The translations under genes were made by a program, and so were the position numbers. Positions 14,605 through 22,496 of a stretch of 24,000 nt of DNA are shown in pieces. A model generated the notes under the pieces. It made no database searches and had not been told where the DNA came from. It was given only the letters and a program-made list of their open reading frames with translations. This stretch comes from Planctomycetota bacterium (GTDB taxonomy: Bacteria; Planctomycetota; Phycisphaerae; Sedimentisphaerales; Anaerohalosphaeraceae), in contig VGXU01000030.1 of assembly GCA_016873215.1 (NCBI GenBank), forward strand, positions 1-24,000, in the 5' to 3' direction. The first letter of the stretch is position 1. Each line of letters starts with the position of its first letter.

Positions 14605-17600
14605 TTATGGCTGTGATTTTTTCATTGCCCGGCGGGCGACGAATTCTTTCACCATACAGAACAGCGTCGGCACAATCAGTAAATCCACCAGCGACAATGT
14701 CATTCCGCCAAATGACGGAATGGCCATCGGAACCATAATATCCGACCCTCGACCGATGGAAGTAAGAACAGGCAGCAATGCCAGAATCGTCGTTGCACTG
14801 GTCATCAGAGCGGGCCTGACACGACGGGAGGCGCCGACGATGGTCTCCCGGCGAATTTGCTCAATGGTTTGCGGCTTTTCCGACGCAAACCGTTCCTTCA
14901 GGTAGGTCATCATCAGTACGCCGTCGTCCGATGCGATGCCGAATAACGCCAGAAAGCCGACCCAGACCGCAATACTGAGATTGTACGGATGAATATTGAA
15001 CAGTTGCCGCAGCGAAATTCCAAACGGCATAAAATTCAAAAACCATTCCTGCCGGTAGAACCACATCCACACAAACCCGCCTGACCACGCGGTCAGGACC
15101 GTGGTAAACACCACGCATGACCAGCCGAAACTTTCAAACTGCAAATACAGCAGCAGAAAAATAATCGCCAGCACAATCGGAATCACAACCACCAGTGTTT
15201 TTTGCGCATGAACCTGGTTTTCCCACGTCCCGGAAAACGTAAAGCTGACCCCTGCGGGCAAAACTAATTTGCCTTCCCTGATTTTCTGTTCCAGAAACTG
15301 CCTGCAATCGTTGACCGCATCGACTTCGGCCGCACCAGCCTTTTTATCAAACAGCACATAACCGGTCAGAAACGTATCTTCGCTCTTAATCATTTGCGGG
15401 CCGGGTTTGTACTCGATATGAATCAGCTGCCCCAGCGGAATTTGCACGCCGCCGGCCATCGTCGGAACAAGAATTTTATTCAGTGCTTCCACCTGGTCGC
15501 GCAGCTCACGCAGATAACGGACACGCACGGGATAACGTTCGCGTCCTTCGACGGTGGTGGTGACAGGCTTGCCGCCAATGGCGATTTCGATAACACTCTG
15601 CACATCATCAACACGCAGGCCATAACGAGCGATGGCGGTTCGGTCAATGCGAAGCTCGATATACGGCTGGGCAACAATACGGTCGGCAATGACCGCCGAC
15701 GGTTCGACCGAAGGAACCTGTTTGAGCAAATCCTCCAGTTCAAGACCGACTTTTTCAATTGCTTCCAGGCTGGGTCCCTTGACTTTGATTCCCATCGGGG
15801 CACGCATCCCGGTTTGCAGCATCACAATACGGGTTTCAATCGGTTGCAATAACGGCGCGCTGGTCGTCTCAGAGAGACCTGCGACACGGACAATTTCATT
15901 CCACAAATCCCGCGGCGTCTCAAATCCCTGCCGCCACTGTTGAATCGCCCTGCCTTTGTCATCCAAAACCAGGCGTCCATTCTTGTCGGTCTTGTATTTG
16001 GGTTTGTAGTTAATCACCGTTTCAAACATTGAAATCGGCGCCGGGTCTAACGCACTTTCCACCCGGCCGATTTTCCCAACGGCCGAATCAATTTCCGGAA
16101 TCGAGGCGATGGCGGCGTCGATTTTACTCAACTGATCCGTCACTTCCGCAATGGAGGCGTGAGGCATCGTCGTCGGCATATATAAAAACGATCCCTCATC
16201 CAGCGACGGCATAAATTCCTTGCCCATATTGGCCCACACCACAAAGCCGGAAACGACCATAGCCGTCGGCAGGCTCAAGAAAAGCCATTTATGCCGCAGA
16301 CACCAGTCCAGCATCACTTCATAAAAACGGATAATCAACACAAACGACCCAATCAGAACTCCCACAATAACAATTACCCACAGCAGATTCAGCATCAGAC
16401 CGCGATCCGGCCCAATCGGCATCCAATCGTTGGTCAGCAAAACAGCTAACACCGCCATCAGCCCATAATCCAGCCATCCTCGCCGGCGTTTCCTGTCACC
16501 ATTGGCCGACAACAAAGAAAAATTTCCTTTTCGGAATAAATAGTACGCCAGCGGGGGCACAACCAGAATCGCCAAAAAAACAGATGACGTCAACGCCAGC
16601 GTTTTCGTATAAGCCAGGGGTTTAAAAAGCTTGCCCTCCGCCCCCGTCATTGCAAAGACCGGCAGAAAACTGACCACCGTCGTTGCAATCGCCGTCATCA
16701 CCGCCGAGGCTACTTCTCGCGATGCGTCAAATACCAGCTTCAGTCGGTTCTTTTGCGGATATCGCTCCAGATGCTGGACAATATTTTCGCAAAATACAAT
16801 CCCCATATCAGAAATTTCACCGATGGCGATGGCAATGCCGGACAATGCAACAATGTTGGCGTCAACGCCAAGCAGCTTCATCCCCACGAACGTAAACAGC
16901 GCCGCTATCGGCATCATCGCCGAGACAATGACCGAACTGCGGAAATTGCGCAACAGCAATATAATAACAATGGCGGTAATGATAATCTGTTCATAAATCG
17001 CCGCATTCAGTGTACCCAGGGTTTCGTAAATCAGGCCCGTGCGGTCATAAAACGGGACAATGGCGATTTGACTGACCGTGCCGTCGGGCAATGTTTTTTG
17101 TGGAAGCCCGGGGCTGATTTCGGCAATTTTGGCCTTGATATTCTTAATTGCCGCCAGCGGATTCTCGCCGTATCGAACAACCACTACGCCGCCGACAGCC
17201 TCGGCTCCGCCTTTATCGAGAACACCGGTGCGTAAGGCCGGGCCGAGACCGACGGCGGCAATGTCTTTAATGCGAATGGGAATGTTATTGCCGACCCTGA
17301 CGACAATCTGTTCGATATCTTCGACGGATTTGATAAATCCCAGTCCGCGTACCAGATAATCGACACGGTTGATTTCAATTGTCCGTGCACCGACATCACG
17401 GTTGGATTCCATTACAGCCGCAAAGATATCATTCAATGAGACCTTTGCGGCTATCATTGCATCCGGGTCCACATCAATCTGATACTCGCGGATAAAACCA
17501 CCGACCGACGCCACTTCCGCAACACCGCCGGCCGATTGCAGTGCGTAACGCACCGTCCAGTCCTGCACCGAACGAAGCTCGTGCAAATCCCATCCGCCGG

Positions 17601-18138
17601 TGGGTTTCCCTTTGTCATCCCGCCCTTCGAGTGTGTACCAGAAGACCTGCCCCAGCGCCGTGGCGTCCGGCCCGAGACGCGGCACGGCACCCTCCGGCAA
17701 AGCCCCTTCGGGCAGTGAATTGAGCCGTTCAAGAATCTTCTGGCGGGTTAAATCAAACGGGACGTTGTCATTAAAAATGACATAAATGCTGGAAAAGCCG
17801 AACATCGACGTGCTACGAATCGTCTTGACACCGGCAAGTCCCAGTAGATTGGTCGTCAACGGATACGTAATCTGGTCTTCAATATCCTGCGGGCTTCTGC
17901 CGGGCCAGTCGGTAAAGACGATCTGCTGATTTTCGCCGATGTCGGGAATGGCGTCAACTGCCACCGGAAAACGCGGCAACCAGCTAATTTGCCAGTCAAA
18001 CGGCGCCACGGCCACCCCGGCCAGCATCGCCCCGACAACACACCAAAGAATCGCCAGTCGATAATTCAGACAAAACTGGAGTACCGAACCGAGCAAACCG
18101 CCCGGCTCAATATCTTCTCGTCTCAGACGTTCCGTCAT
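14605..18138 (-). CDS. cusA: CusA/CzcA-type heavy-metal efflux RND pump, enlarged (1177 aa)
   Basis: RND architecture throughout. CusA-like FMPSLDEGSFLYMPTTMP, compared with E. coli EFLPQINEGDLLYMPSTLP from memory. The three methionines of the CusA Cu(I)/Ag(I) site appear conserved (YMPTT, PISMFETV, RIVMLQTG). Confidence 0.85.
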   Translation of the reverse strand: MTERLRREDIEPGGLLGSVLQFCLNYRLAILWCVVGAMLAGVAVAPFDWQISWLPRFPVAVDAIPDIGENQQIVFTDWPGRSPQDIEDQITYPLTTNLLGLAGVKTIRSTSMFGFSSIYVIFNDNVPFDLTRQKILERLNSLPEGALPEGAVPRLGPDATALGQVFWYTLEGRDDKGKPTGGWDLHELRSVQDWTVRYALQSAGGVAEVASVGGFIREYQIDVDPDAMIAAKVSLNDIFAAVMESNRDVGARTIEINRVDYLVRGLGFIKSVEDIEQIVVRVGNNIPIRIKDIAAVGLGPALRTGVLDKGGAEAVGGVVVVRYGENPLAAIKNIKAKIAEISPGLPQKTLPDGTVSQIAIVPFYDRTGLIYETLGTLNAAIYEQIIITAIVIILLLRNFRSSVIVSAMMPIAALFTFVGMKLLGVDANIVALSGIAIAIGEISDMGIVFCENIVQHLERYPQKNRLKLVFDASREVASAVMTAIATTVVSFLPVFAMTGAEGKLFKPLAYTKTLALTSSVFLAILVVPPLAYYLFRKGNFSLLSANGDRKRRRGWLDYGLMAVLAVLLTNDWMPIGPDRGLMLNLLWVIVIVGVLIGSFVLIIRFYEVMLDWCLRHKWLFLSLPTAMVVSGFVVWANMGKEFMPSLDEGSFLYMPTTMPHASIAEVTDQLSKIDAAIASIPEIDSAVGKIGRVESALDPAPISMFETVINYKPKYKTDKNGRLVLDDKGRAIQQWRQGFETPRDLWNEIVRVAGLSETTSAPLLQPIETRIVMLQTGMRAPMGIKVKGPSLEAIEKVGLELEDLLKQVPSVEPSAVIADRIVAQPYIELRIDRTAIARYGLRVDDVQSVIEIAIGGKPVTTTVEGRERYPVRVRYLRELRDQVEALNKILVPTMAGGVQIPLGQLIHIEYKPGPQMIKSEDTFLTGYVLFDKKAGAAEVDAVNDCRQFLEQKIREGKLVLPAGVSFTFSGTWENQVHAQKTLVVVIPIVLAIIFLLLYLQFESFGWSCVVFTTVLTAWSGGFVWMWFYRQEWFLNFMPFGISLRQLFNIHPYNLSIAVWVGFLALFGIASDDGVLMMTYLKERFASEKPQTIEQIRRETIVGASRRVRPALMTSATTILALLPVLTSIGRGSDIMVPMAIPSFGGMTLSLVDLLIVPTLFCMVKEFVARRAMKKSQP

Positions 18139-18183
18139 AAGTCAGCCATCAGTCATTGAGCGTTAATGAATAGGATTCGTCGT

Positions 18184-18531
18184 TTACTGTTTAAACTGCG
18201 GCAAATCCTTCACGTATTTTTCCGCATCCTTATTAAATTCGGCCTTGCAGGCTTCACAGCAGAAATACACTTTCTTGCCCTTGTACTCAACAAAGACATT
18301 TTTATCGATGGGATTGTTGGGCAAAACCGGGCATTTCGTCTGCTCGATTGCCGCGACAGCGGTATCGGCAGTCTTCTGAACTTCTGTAGCGGCCTTGTCA
18401 GCGGTTTGCTTGACTTCCTTGGGCATTTCCATTGCCGGGGCCGCCGCCGGCAGCTGAGGTTCAGTTTTTTTCTCACAACCCACAAGAACCGTCAGACCAA
18501 TCGCCGCCAAAACAAGAATCGTGTTTTTCAT
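18184..18531 (-). CDS. Lipoprotein with C-terminal YHS/TRASH-type metal-binding domain
   Basis: Lipobox LVGC. CPV...YKGKKVYFCCEACKAEFNKDAEKY fits the YHS pattern (Y.G..YYFC...C...F...Pe.Y). AAGGA Shine-Dalgarno upstream. Located between the cusB-like and cusA-like genes. Confidence 0.75.
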   Translation of the reverse strand: MKNTILVLAAIGLTVLVGCEKKTEPQLPAAAPAMEMPKEVKQTADKAATEVQKTADTAVAAIEQTKCPVLPNNPIDKNVFVEYKGKKVYFCCEACKAEFNKDAEKYVKDLPQFKQ

Positions 18532-18585
18532 AATTTTTTCCTTTCCAATGCTATGTTTAATTTACCTTTATTCATTTGTTATTTA

Positions 18586-20037
18586 TCATTTTTCCGTTCG
18601 TGTCATCATCGAAGGGATTGCCTGAATCTGCGCAGCCGAGTCAATTTTAAACGCCCCATTGACAACGACTTTCTCGCCTTCCATCAGGCCGGATTCGACA
18701 ACATAAAAATCCCCGCCTTTGGGGCCTAAAATCACTTCTCTGCCGATAAATGCCGGATGTTCCGTTTCGGCGATTTCAACATAAACAATTGCTCTGTTCA
18801 AATTTCTCCCGGTAATCAGCGGGGCCGTTGCCGGAATCACCAGCGGCGCTTCCGTCGGCTGCCCGGCCGTCTGGTATCCGAGGTCTTCGGCTTTGACAAG
18901 AGCCATGCCGCAGATACCGCACGCCCCGGCGTCATCTTTGACGATTTCGCCGTGCATCGGGCAAATATATTTGCCTGCAAGAGAGGCATCCATCACTTTG
19001 CCGCTGCGGGTTAGTTGTGCGTGGATGAGGCCGCGAATAAACATCCCCGGCTTGAGAACATCGTCGGGATTGTCCACCACCGCACGCACTTTGACCGTAC
19101 GGGTCATTTCATCCAGCACAGGGCTGATAAAGCTGACCGTCGCGGAAAATGTTTTGCCGGGCACGGCGTCGGTGGCAAATTCCACCTTTTGGCCGAAGCG
19201 AATCCACGCCAGGTCGGATTCATACGCATCCATAATCACCCACAGCCGCGACAAGTCCGCAATGGTATAAATCGCCATTCCCGTCTGGACATACATTCCT
19301 TCCGTCGCCATTTTATCAATTACCACACCGCCGATGGGAGCTGGAATTGTCAGATGATCAAGGACTTTGCCTGTAGATTCAATCTGTTTGATTTGTTCTT
19401 CAGATACACCCAGCAGGCGCAGTTTTTCGCGTGAGGCTTTTAACGTGCCTTCCACCGACCGGCGGATTATATCCGACGACGACTGCCCCACCGTTTTTGA
19501 AGATTTGAGCGATTCGAGCAGTTCACTTTGAGCGCTGATGAGTTCGGGGCTGTACAATTCAACCATATGGTCACCCTGCCGGACGGGCATCCCGATATAA
19601 TCGACAAACAGCCGGTCAATGCGCCCGCCCGTCCATGCGGTAATGGATTTGATGCGGGTCTGGTCGTAATCGAGCTTTCCGATGAGCTTGACCTGTGACG
19701 AAACAAATTTTCGTTCCACCGGCGACGTCTGAATCTCCATCAGCTTGACTGCTTCGGGTGTAAATTCGACGATACCGGCGGTTTTGTCGCCGGTGCCGCC
19801 GGCCGGAATTAACGCCATCCCGCAAAACGGGCATTTGCCGGGGCCGGGCTGACGAACTTGCGGGTGCATTGAACAGGTCCAGATGGTTTGACTTTGCTTG
19901 ACCTGTCCTGCGGCCTCGTGGTCATGGCCGGGCGAAAAAACAGCCTTTGCAAACCACCCGGCCAAAAAGACCCCGATTATCAGTATGATAAAACGCTTTT
20001 TACCCAACAAAACGTTTTTTTCTGTTTCGTCAGCCAT
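18586..20037 (-). CDS. cusB: CusB-like RND periplasmic adaptor with two Cys-rich heavy-metal-binding modules
   Basis: WTCSMHPQVRQPGPGKCPFCGMAL (N-terminal) and YICPMHGEIVKDDAGACGICGMAL (internal). Membrane-fusion-protein barrel-sandwich and beta-barrel regions. The GGAAGGA Shine-Dalgarno favours ATG 20037; the track start is 20073. Confidence 0.8.
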   Translation of the reverse strand: MADETEKNVLLGKKRFIILIIGVFLAGWFAKAVFSPGHDHEAAGQVKQSQTIWTCSMHPQVRQPGPGKCPFCGMALIPAGGTGDKTAGIVEFTPEAVKLMEIQTSPVERKFVSSQVKLIGKLDYDQTRIKSITAWTGGRIDRLFVDYIGMPVRQGDHMVELYSPELISAQSELLESLKSSKTVGQSSSDIIRRSVEGTLKASREKLRLLGVSEEQIKQIESTGKVLDHLTIPAPIGGVVIDKMATEGMYVQTGMAIYTIADLSRLWVIMDAYESDLAWIRFGQKVEFATDAVPGKTFSATVSFISPVLDEMTRTVKVRAVVDNPDDVLKPGMFIRGLIHAQLTRSGKVMDASLAGKYICPMHGEIVKDDAGACGICGMALVKAEDLGYQTAGQPTEAPLVIPATAPLITGRNLNRAIVYVEIAETEHPAFIGREVILGPKGGDFYVVESGLMEGEKVVVNGAFKIDSAAQIQAIPSMMTRTEK

Positions 20038-20123
20038 ATACTGTCCTTCCAAATCTTTTATATTCCTACTCAATCAATAGGAATTTGGTTCACAAGAATT
20101 CGCAAAAAAAAGTCGTGAATTCT

Positions 20124-21416
20124 TTACTTTTTCACCGTCACAAGCGGCTGCCCCGTAAGCATCTCCAGTTCGGCCTGTTTCTGAAGGTAATTGGACTTGA
20201 CGCGCTGATACGTCAGTTGAAATTCCAGAAGTTTTTTCTGTGCGTCAAAAAGGGACAGAAAATCAATGATATTGGTTCGGTATGCCTGCTCGCTGACTTC
20301 AATCATCTCTTTGGCCTTGGGAATGAGAATATCTTCATACAAGCGAACTTTGCGAAGATTATTGTCAAGCTCATACATCGCCTGCTCAGCCTGTGCGATC
20401 AAGTCGAATTCGGTCTGTATTTTTTCACGTTGAGCCATCGCCGTCTCGGCCTGAGCCTGACGGACGCCGGCGGCATAACTATCCACCCATATCGGCAGGT
20501 TGATAGTCACCATCGCCATAACGGGGTTTTGCATCCCCGAAGCTCTATTGGGCATATTGTCAATCTCAACGCCAAGACCCACATCCGGCCAATAGCGCTT
20601 CTTCGCCAAATCCACCATCTTGCGCGAGGCCAGTATCTGCTGGTGCATCGCCGCCAATTCCGGGTTAGCAGCGCGAATCTGCCCGGCAATCGCCTTCGAA
20701 TCAATCTCCACGGGCACAAACTTTTCTTCTTTCGGCCACGAAAGGTTTTTATCCGTCGGCTGATTCATCACCGCATTTAATTGCGCAACAATCGGCCTGC
20801 GCATCCGCGTCATACTGATTAAATCATCTTCCATCGTCGCCAGTTCTATCTGGGCACGAATGACATCGGGATGCGACCCCTCGGCGGTGCGATATTTTTC
20901 GCGGGCCACCTGCTCGAAATGCTTCATCAGTTCGAGATTATCTTTGGCGACATCCACCGCCCGGGCTAAATATGCAAATTCATAAAATACGCTGCTGGTC
21001 TGATAGATGACTTTGACCCTGGCGGCTTCGTAGCGATGATGGGCGGCCTGGGCCGCAGCGGCGGCAGCATCCGTACGGGCCTCGAGCTTGCCGAACCACG
21101 GAAACATCTGCATTATTCGGTAATCCTGCTCGCGGGGGCTGTCACTGTGCTTCATTTCCTCACGGACAAAATAGCTGAACGTAAACTGCGGGTCATCGAG
21201 GGCCGCCGCCTGCGGGATTTGCTCAATCGCGGCTTTCCACGCTTCAAACGCCGACTTGAGGCCGGAGTTGTTCATCGCAGACTGATACAGGTAATCGTTA
21301 AGTGTCTGCGGATTATTTGGGTCGGCGGGCCTGACCGGCGAGGCCGCCGCGTCAAAACAAACACCGACCAAAAGATTGCTCAGAAGGACAATCAGAACTT
21401 TTCCGCCCTGTTTCAT
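20124..21416 (-). CDS. TolC-family outer-membrane factor of the Cus-like RND system
   Basis: Signal peptide plus two TolC-type repeats (LNDYLYQSAMNNSGLKSAFEAWKAA..., AANPELAAMHQQILASRKMVDLAKK...). GGAGA Shine-Dalgarno 7 nt upstream of ATG 21416; the track start is 21434. First gene of the operon. Confidence 0.8.
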   Translation of the reverse strand: MKQGGKVLIVLLSNLLVGVCFDAAASPVRPADPNNPQTLNDYLYQSAMNNSGLKSAFEAWKAAIEQIPQAAALDDPQFTFSYFVREEMKHSDSPREQDYRIMQMFPWFGKLEARTDAAAAAAQAAHHRYEAARVKVIYQTSSVFYEFAYLARAVDVAKDNLELMKHFEQVAREKYRTAEGSHPDVIRAQIELATMEDDLISMTRMRRPIVAQLNAVMNQPTDKNLSWPKEEKFVPVEIDSKAIAGQIRAANPELAAMHQQILASRKMVDLAKKRYWPDVGLGVEIDNMPNRASGMQNPVMAMVTINLPIWVDSYAAGVRQAQAETAMAQREKIQTEFDLIAQAEQAMYELDNNLRKVRLYEDILIPKAKEMIEVSEQAYRTNIIDFLSLFDAQKKLLEFQLTYQRVKSNYLQKQAELEMLTGQPLVTVKK

Positions 21417-21464
21417 TGGGTTGTCTCCATACAAGTTATTTTGCGTCCTTCACTTATACTGAAT

Positions 21465-21493
21465 AATCTATGCCGGGGTTTGCCGTTTGTCAA
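21465..21493 (-). promoter_or_regulatory. Putative sigma-70-type promoter TTGACA-N17-TAGATT for the Cus-like operon
   Basis: Minus-strand TTGACA at 21493-21488 and TAGATT at 21470-21465, about 50 nt upstream of ATG 21416. Confidence 0.45.
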
Positions 21494-21609
21494 AAGAAAT
21501 TAAGATAACGTGCGGTTGATTATTTTATTGCCTCAGAGGGGCGGGAACGAGTAAAATGCCCCGGCGATGTAAAGTTAATTCCCGGTCTTTTATTATGAAA
21601 GAAAATTGA

Positions 21610-21912
21610 ATGAGCAGACGATATTTGTACGGCGCTATCGATATGAAGGCATTTAAGCCGCTTGCGATAGGAACCAGCGAAGCCAAAATCAATGCCTTTA
21701 TCTTGGACCATGCGGATAAGGCCATAAAACATTTCAAGGTGACGATTGAGACCGGCAAAGACTACAAGGTACGATTGAATATCGAGGATTTTTCGCCGGC
21801 CCATGCCGATTTTGACGATGTTGCTTTCAAGATGCGCAAACTGTGGGAGTTAATTTACCTGTTCGAATCCGACGTATCCGATTCGAACATGGAAATTTAC
21901 ATCTTCGAATGA
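21610..21912 (+). CDS. Hypothetical acidic 100-aa protein in a low-G+C segment
   Basis: Protein-like composition on the + strand, against a less plausible overlapping minus-strand ORF (21520-21804). Weak ribosome-binding site (GAAAGAAAA). No motif recognised. Confidence 0.4.
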   Translation: MSRRYLYGAIDMKAFKPLAIGTSEAKINAFILDHADKAIKHFKVTIETGKDYKVRLNIEDFSPAHADFDDVAFKMRKLWELIYLFESDVSDSNMEIYIFE

Positions 21913-22001
21913 TTCTAAAAGCTGTAAAAGATATAAAATTACACCTTTATTGAACAAATCCCGGCCAGACGGCCAAAAATCGATTATTTTTTGAGAGTCT
22001 A

Positions 22002-22029
22002 TTGCAAGTTTTGAATTTTTAGGTACACT
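22002..22029 (+). promoter_or_regulatory. Putative promoter TTGCAA-N16-TACACT upstream of tRNA-Phe
   Basis: TTGCAA at 22002-22007 and TACACT at 22024-22029, about 28 nt upstream of the tRNA 5' end. Confidence 0.35.
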
Positions 22030-22057
22030 GATTATTCCTGTCGGCATGGCCGGCGGC

Positions 22058-22130
22058 GGGTAGGTAGCTCAGTCGGTAGAGCAACGGACTGAAAATTCGT
22101 GTGTCGGCGGTTCAATTCCGCCCCTGCCCA
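22058..22130 (+). tRNA. tRNA-Phe (anticodon GAA), 73 nt, CCA not encoded
   Basis: Cloverleaf folded by hand. Acceptor GGGTAGG/CCTGCCC (one G-U pair). D arm GCTC-AGTCGGTA-GAGC. Anticodon arm ACGGA-CTGAAAA-TTCGT. Variable loop GTGTC. T arm GGCGG-TTCAATT-CCGCC. Discriminator A. Confidence 0.95.
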
Positions 22131-22140
22131 TTATTTTTAA

Positions 22141-22174
22141 CTCCCTATAAAATAACGCCATAGGGAGATTTTAT
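22141..22174 (+). terminator. Putative intrinsic terminator after tRNA-Phe
   Basis: 8-bp stem CTCCCTAT (22141-22148) / ATAGGGAG (22160-22167) with an 11-nt loop, followed by ATTTTAT. Confidence 0.5.
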
Positions 22175-22313
22175 ATCCCTGAATTTCCCTCCAAAAACTG
22201 GCATTGTTTTCGGGGGGGGAGGTCAGGTGAATATCAAAGATAACTATGGAGTATTACTCAAAGTAGACAGAAAACCACCCTCGTTATTTCCCTACTCTGG
22301 TACTCCGTCAACT

Positions 22314-22496
22314 CTAAAATTGTGGATATAGGCGTTTGAGCTTGCTTCCGGCGTCCTCACTGGTAAACCGCCAATCCACAGATTTCTGGTTTCCATTTCG
22401 TCTTTGATACCACATTTGTGTCTGTTGTTGTAAGGTCGGCAAATCCGGAATCCGTCGTTGCAAGCACTGCCGCGTCGATAGGAACCTGTTTATAGA
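22314..22496 (-). pseudogene. C-terminal remnant (about 60 codons) of an IS630-family (DDE_3) transposase
   Basis: The translation ...LSTRQCLQRRIPDLPTLQQQTQMWYQRRNGNQKSVDWRFTSEDAGSKLKRLYPQF* matches the remembered conserved IS630 tail (RQCL.RRIpd...L......W...RN.....idWrFT..DAR.KLkrLYP). The catalytic DDE region is absent. The upstream part of the frame is occupied by the MFS gene. No inverted repeats were identified. Confidence 0.5.

Noticed and set aside
18726-18748. Exact GCCGATAA (18741-18748) preceded by TAAA, resembling a sigma-28 promoter
   Set aside because: The TAAA-to-GCCG spacing is 11 nt instead of 15. The site is inside, and antisense to, the cusB-like gene. Other GCCGATA(A/G) occurrences (2788-2795 minus, 11757-11764 minus, 22928-22935 plus) are likewise intragenic and lack a correctly spaced TAAA.
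18166-20780. Long + strand ORFs (18166-18729, 187 aa; 19015-19434, 139 aa; 20085-20780, 231 aa) across the cus-like operon
   Set aside because: They overlap minus-strand genes that carry clear family motifs. Their translations are Arg/His/Phe-rich, and they have no start context.
22212-22331. G8 tract followed by GGAGG and a 34-codon GTG-initiated ORF (VNIKDNYGVLLKVDRKPPSLFPYSGTPSTLKLWI*)
   Set aside because: The spacing from GGAGG to GTG is only 4 nt. The ORF is short, lies in probable IS-derived debris and overlaps the end of the transposase remnant. There is no evidence of coding or of phase variation.
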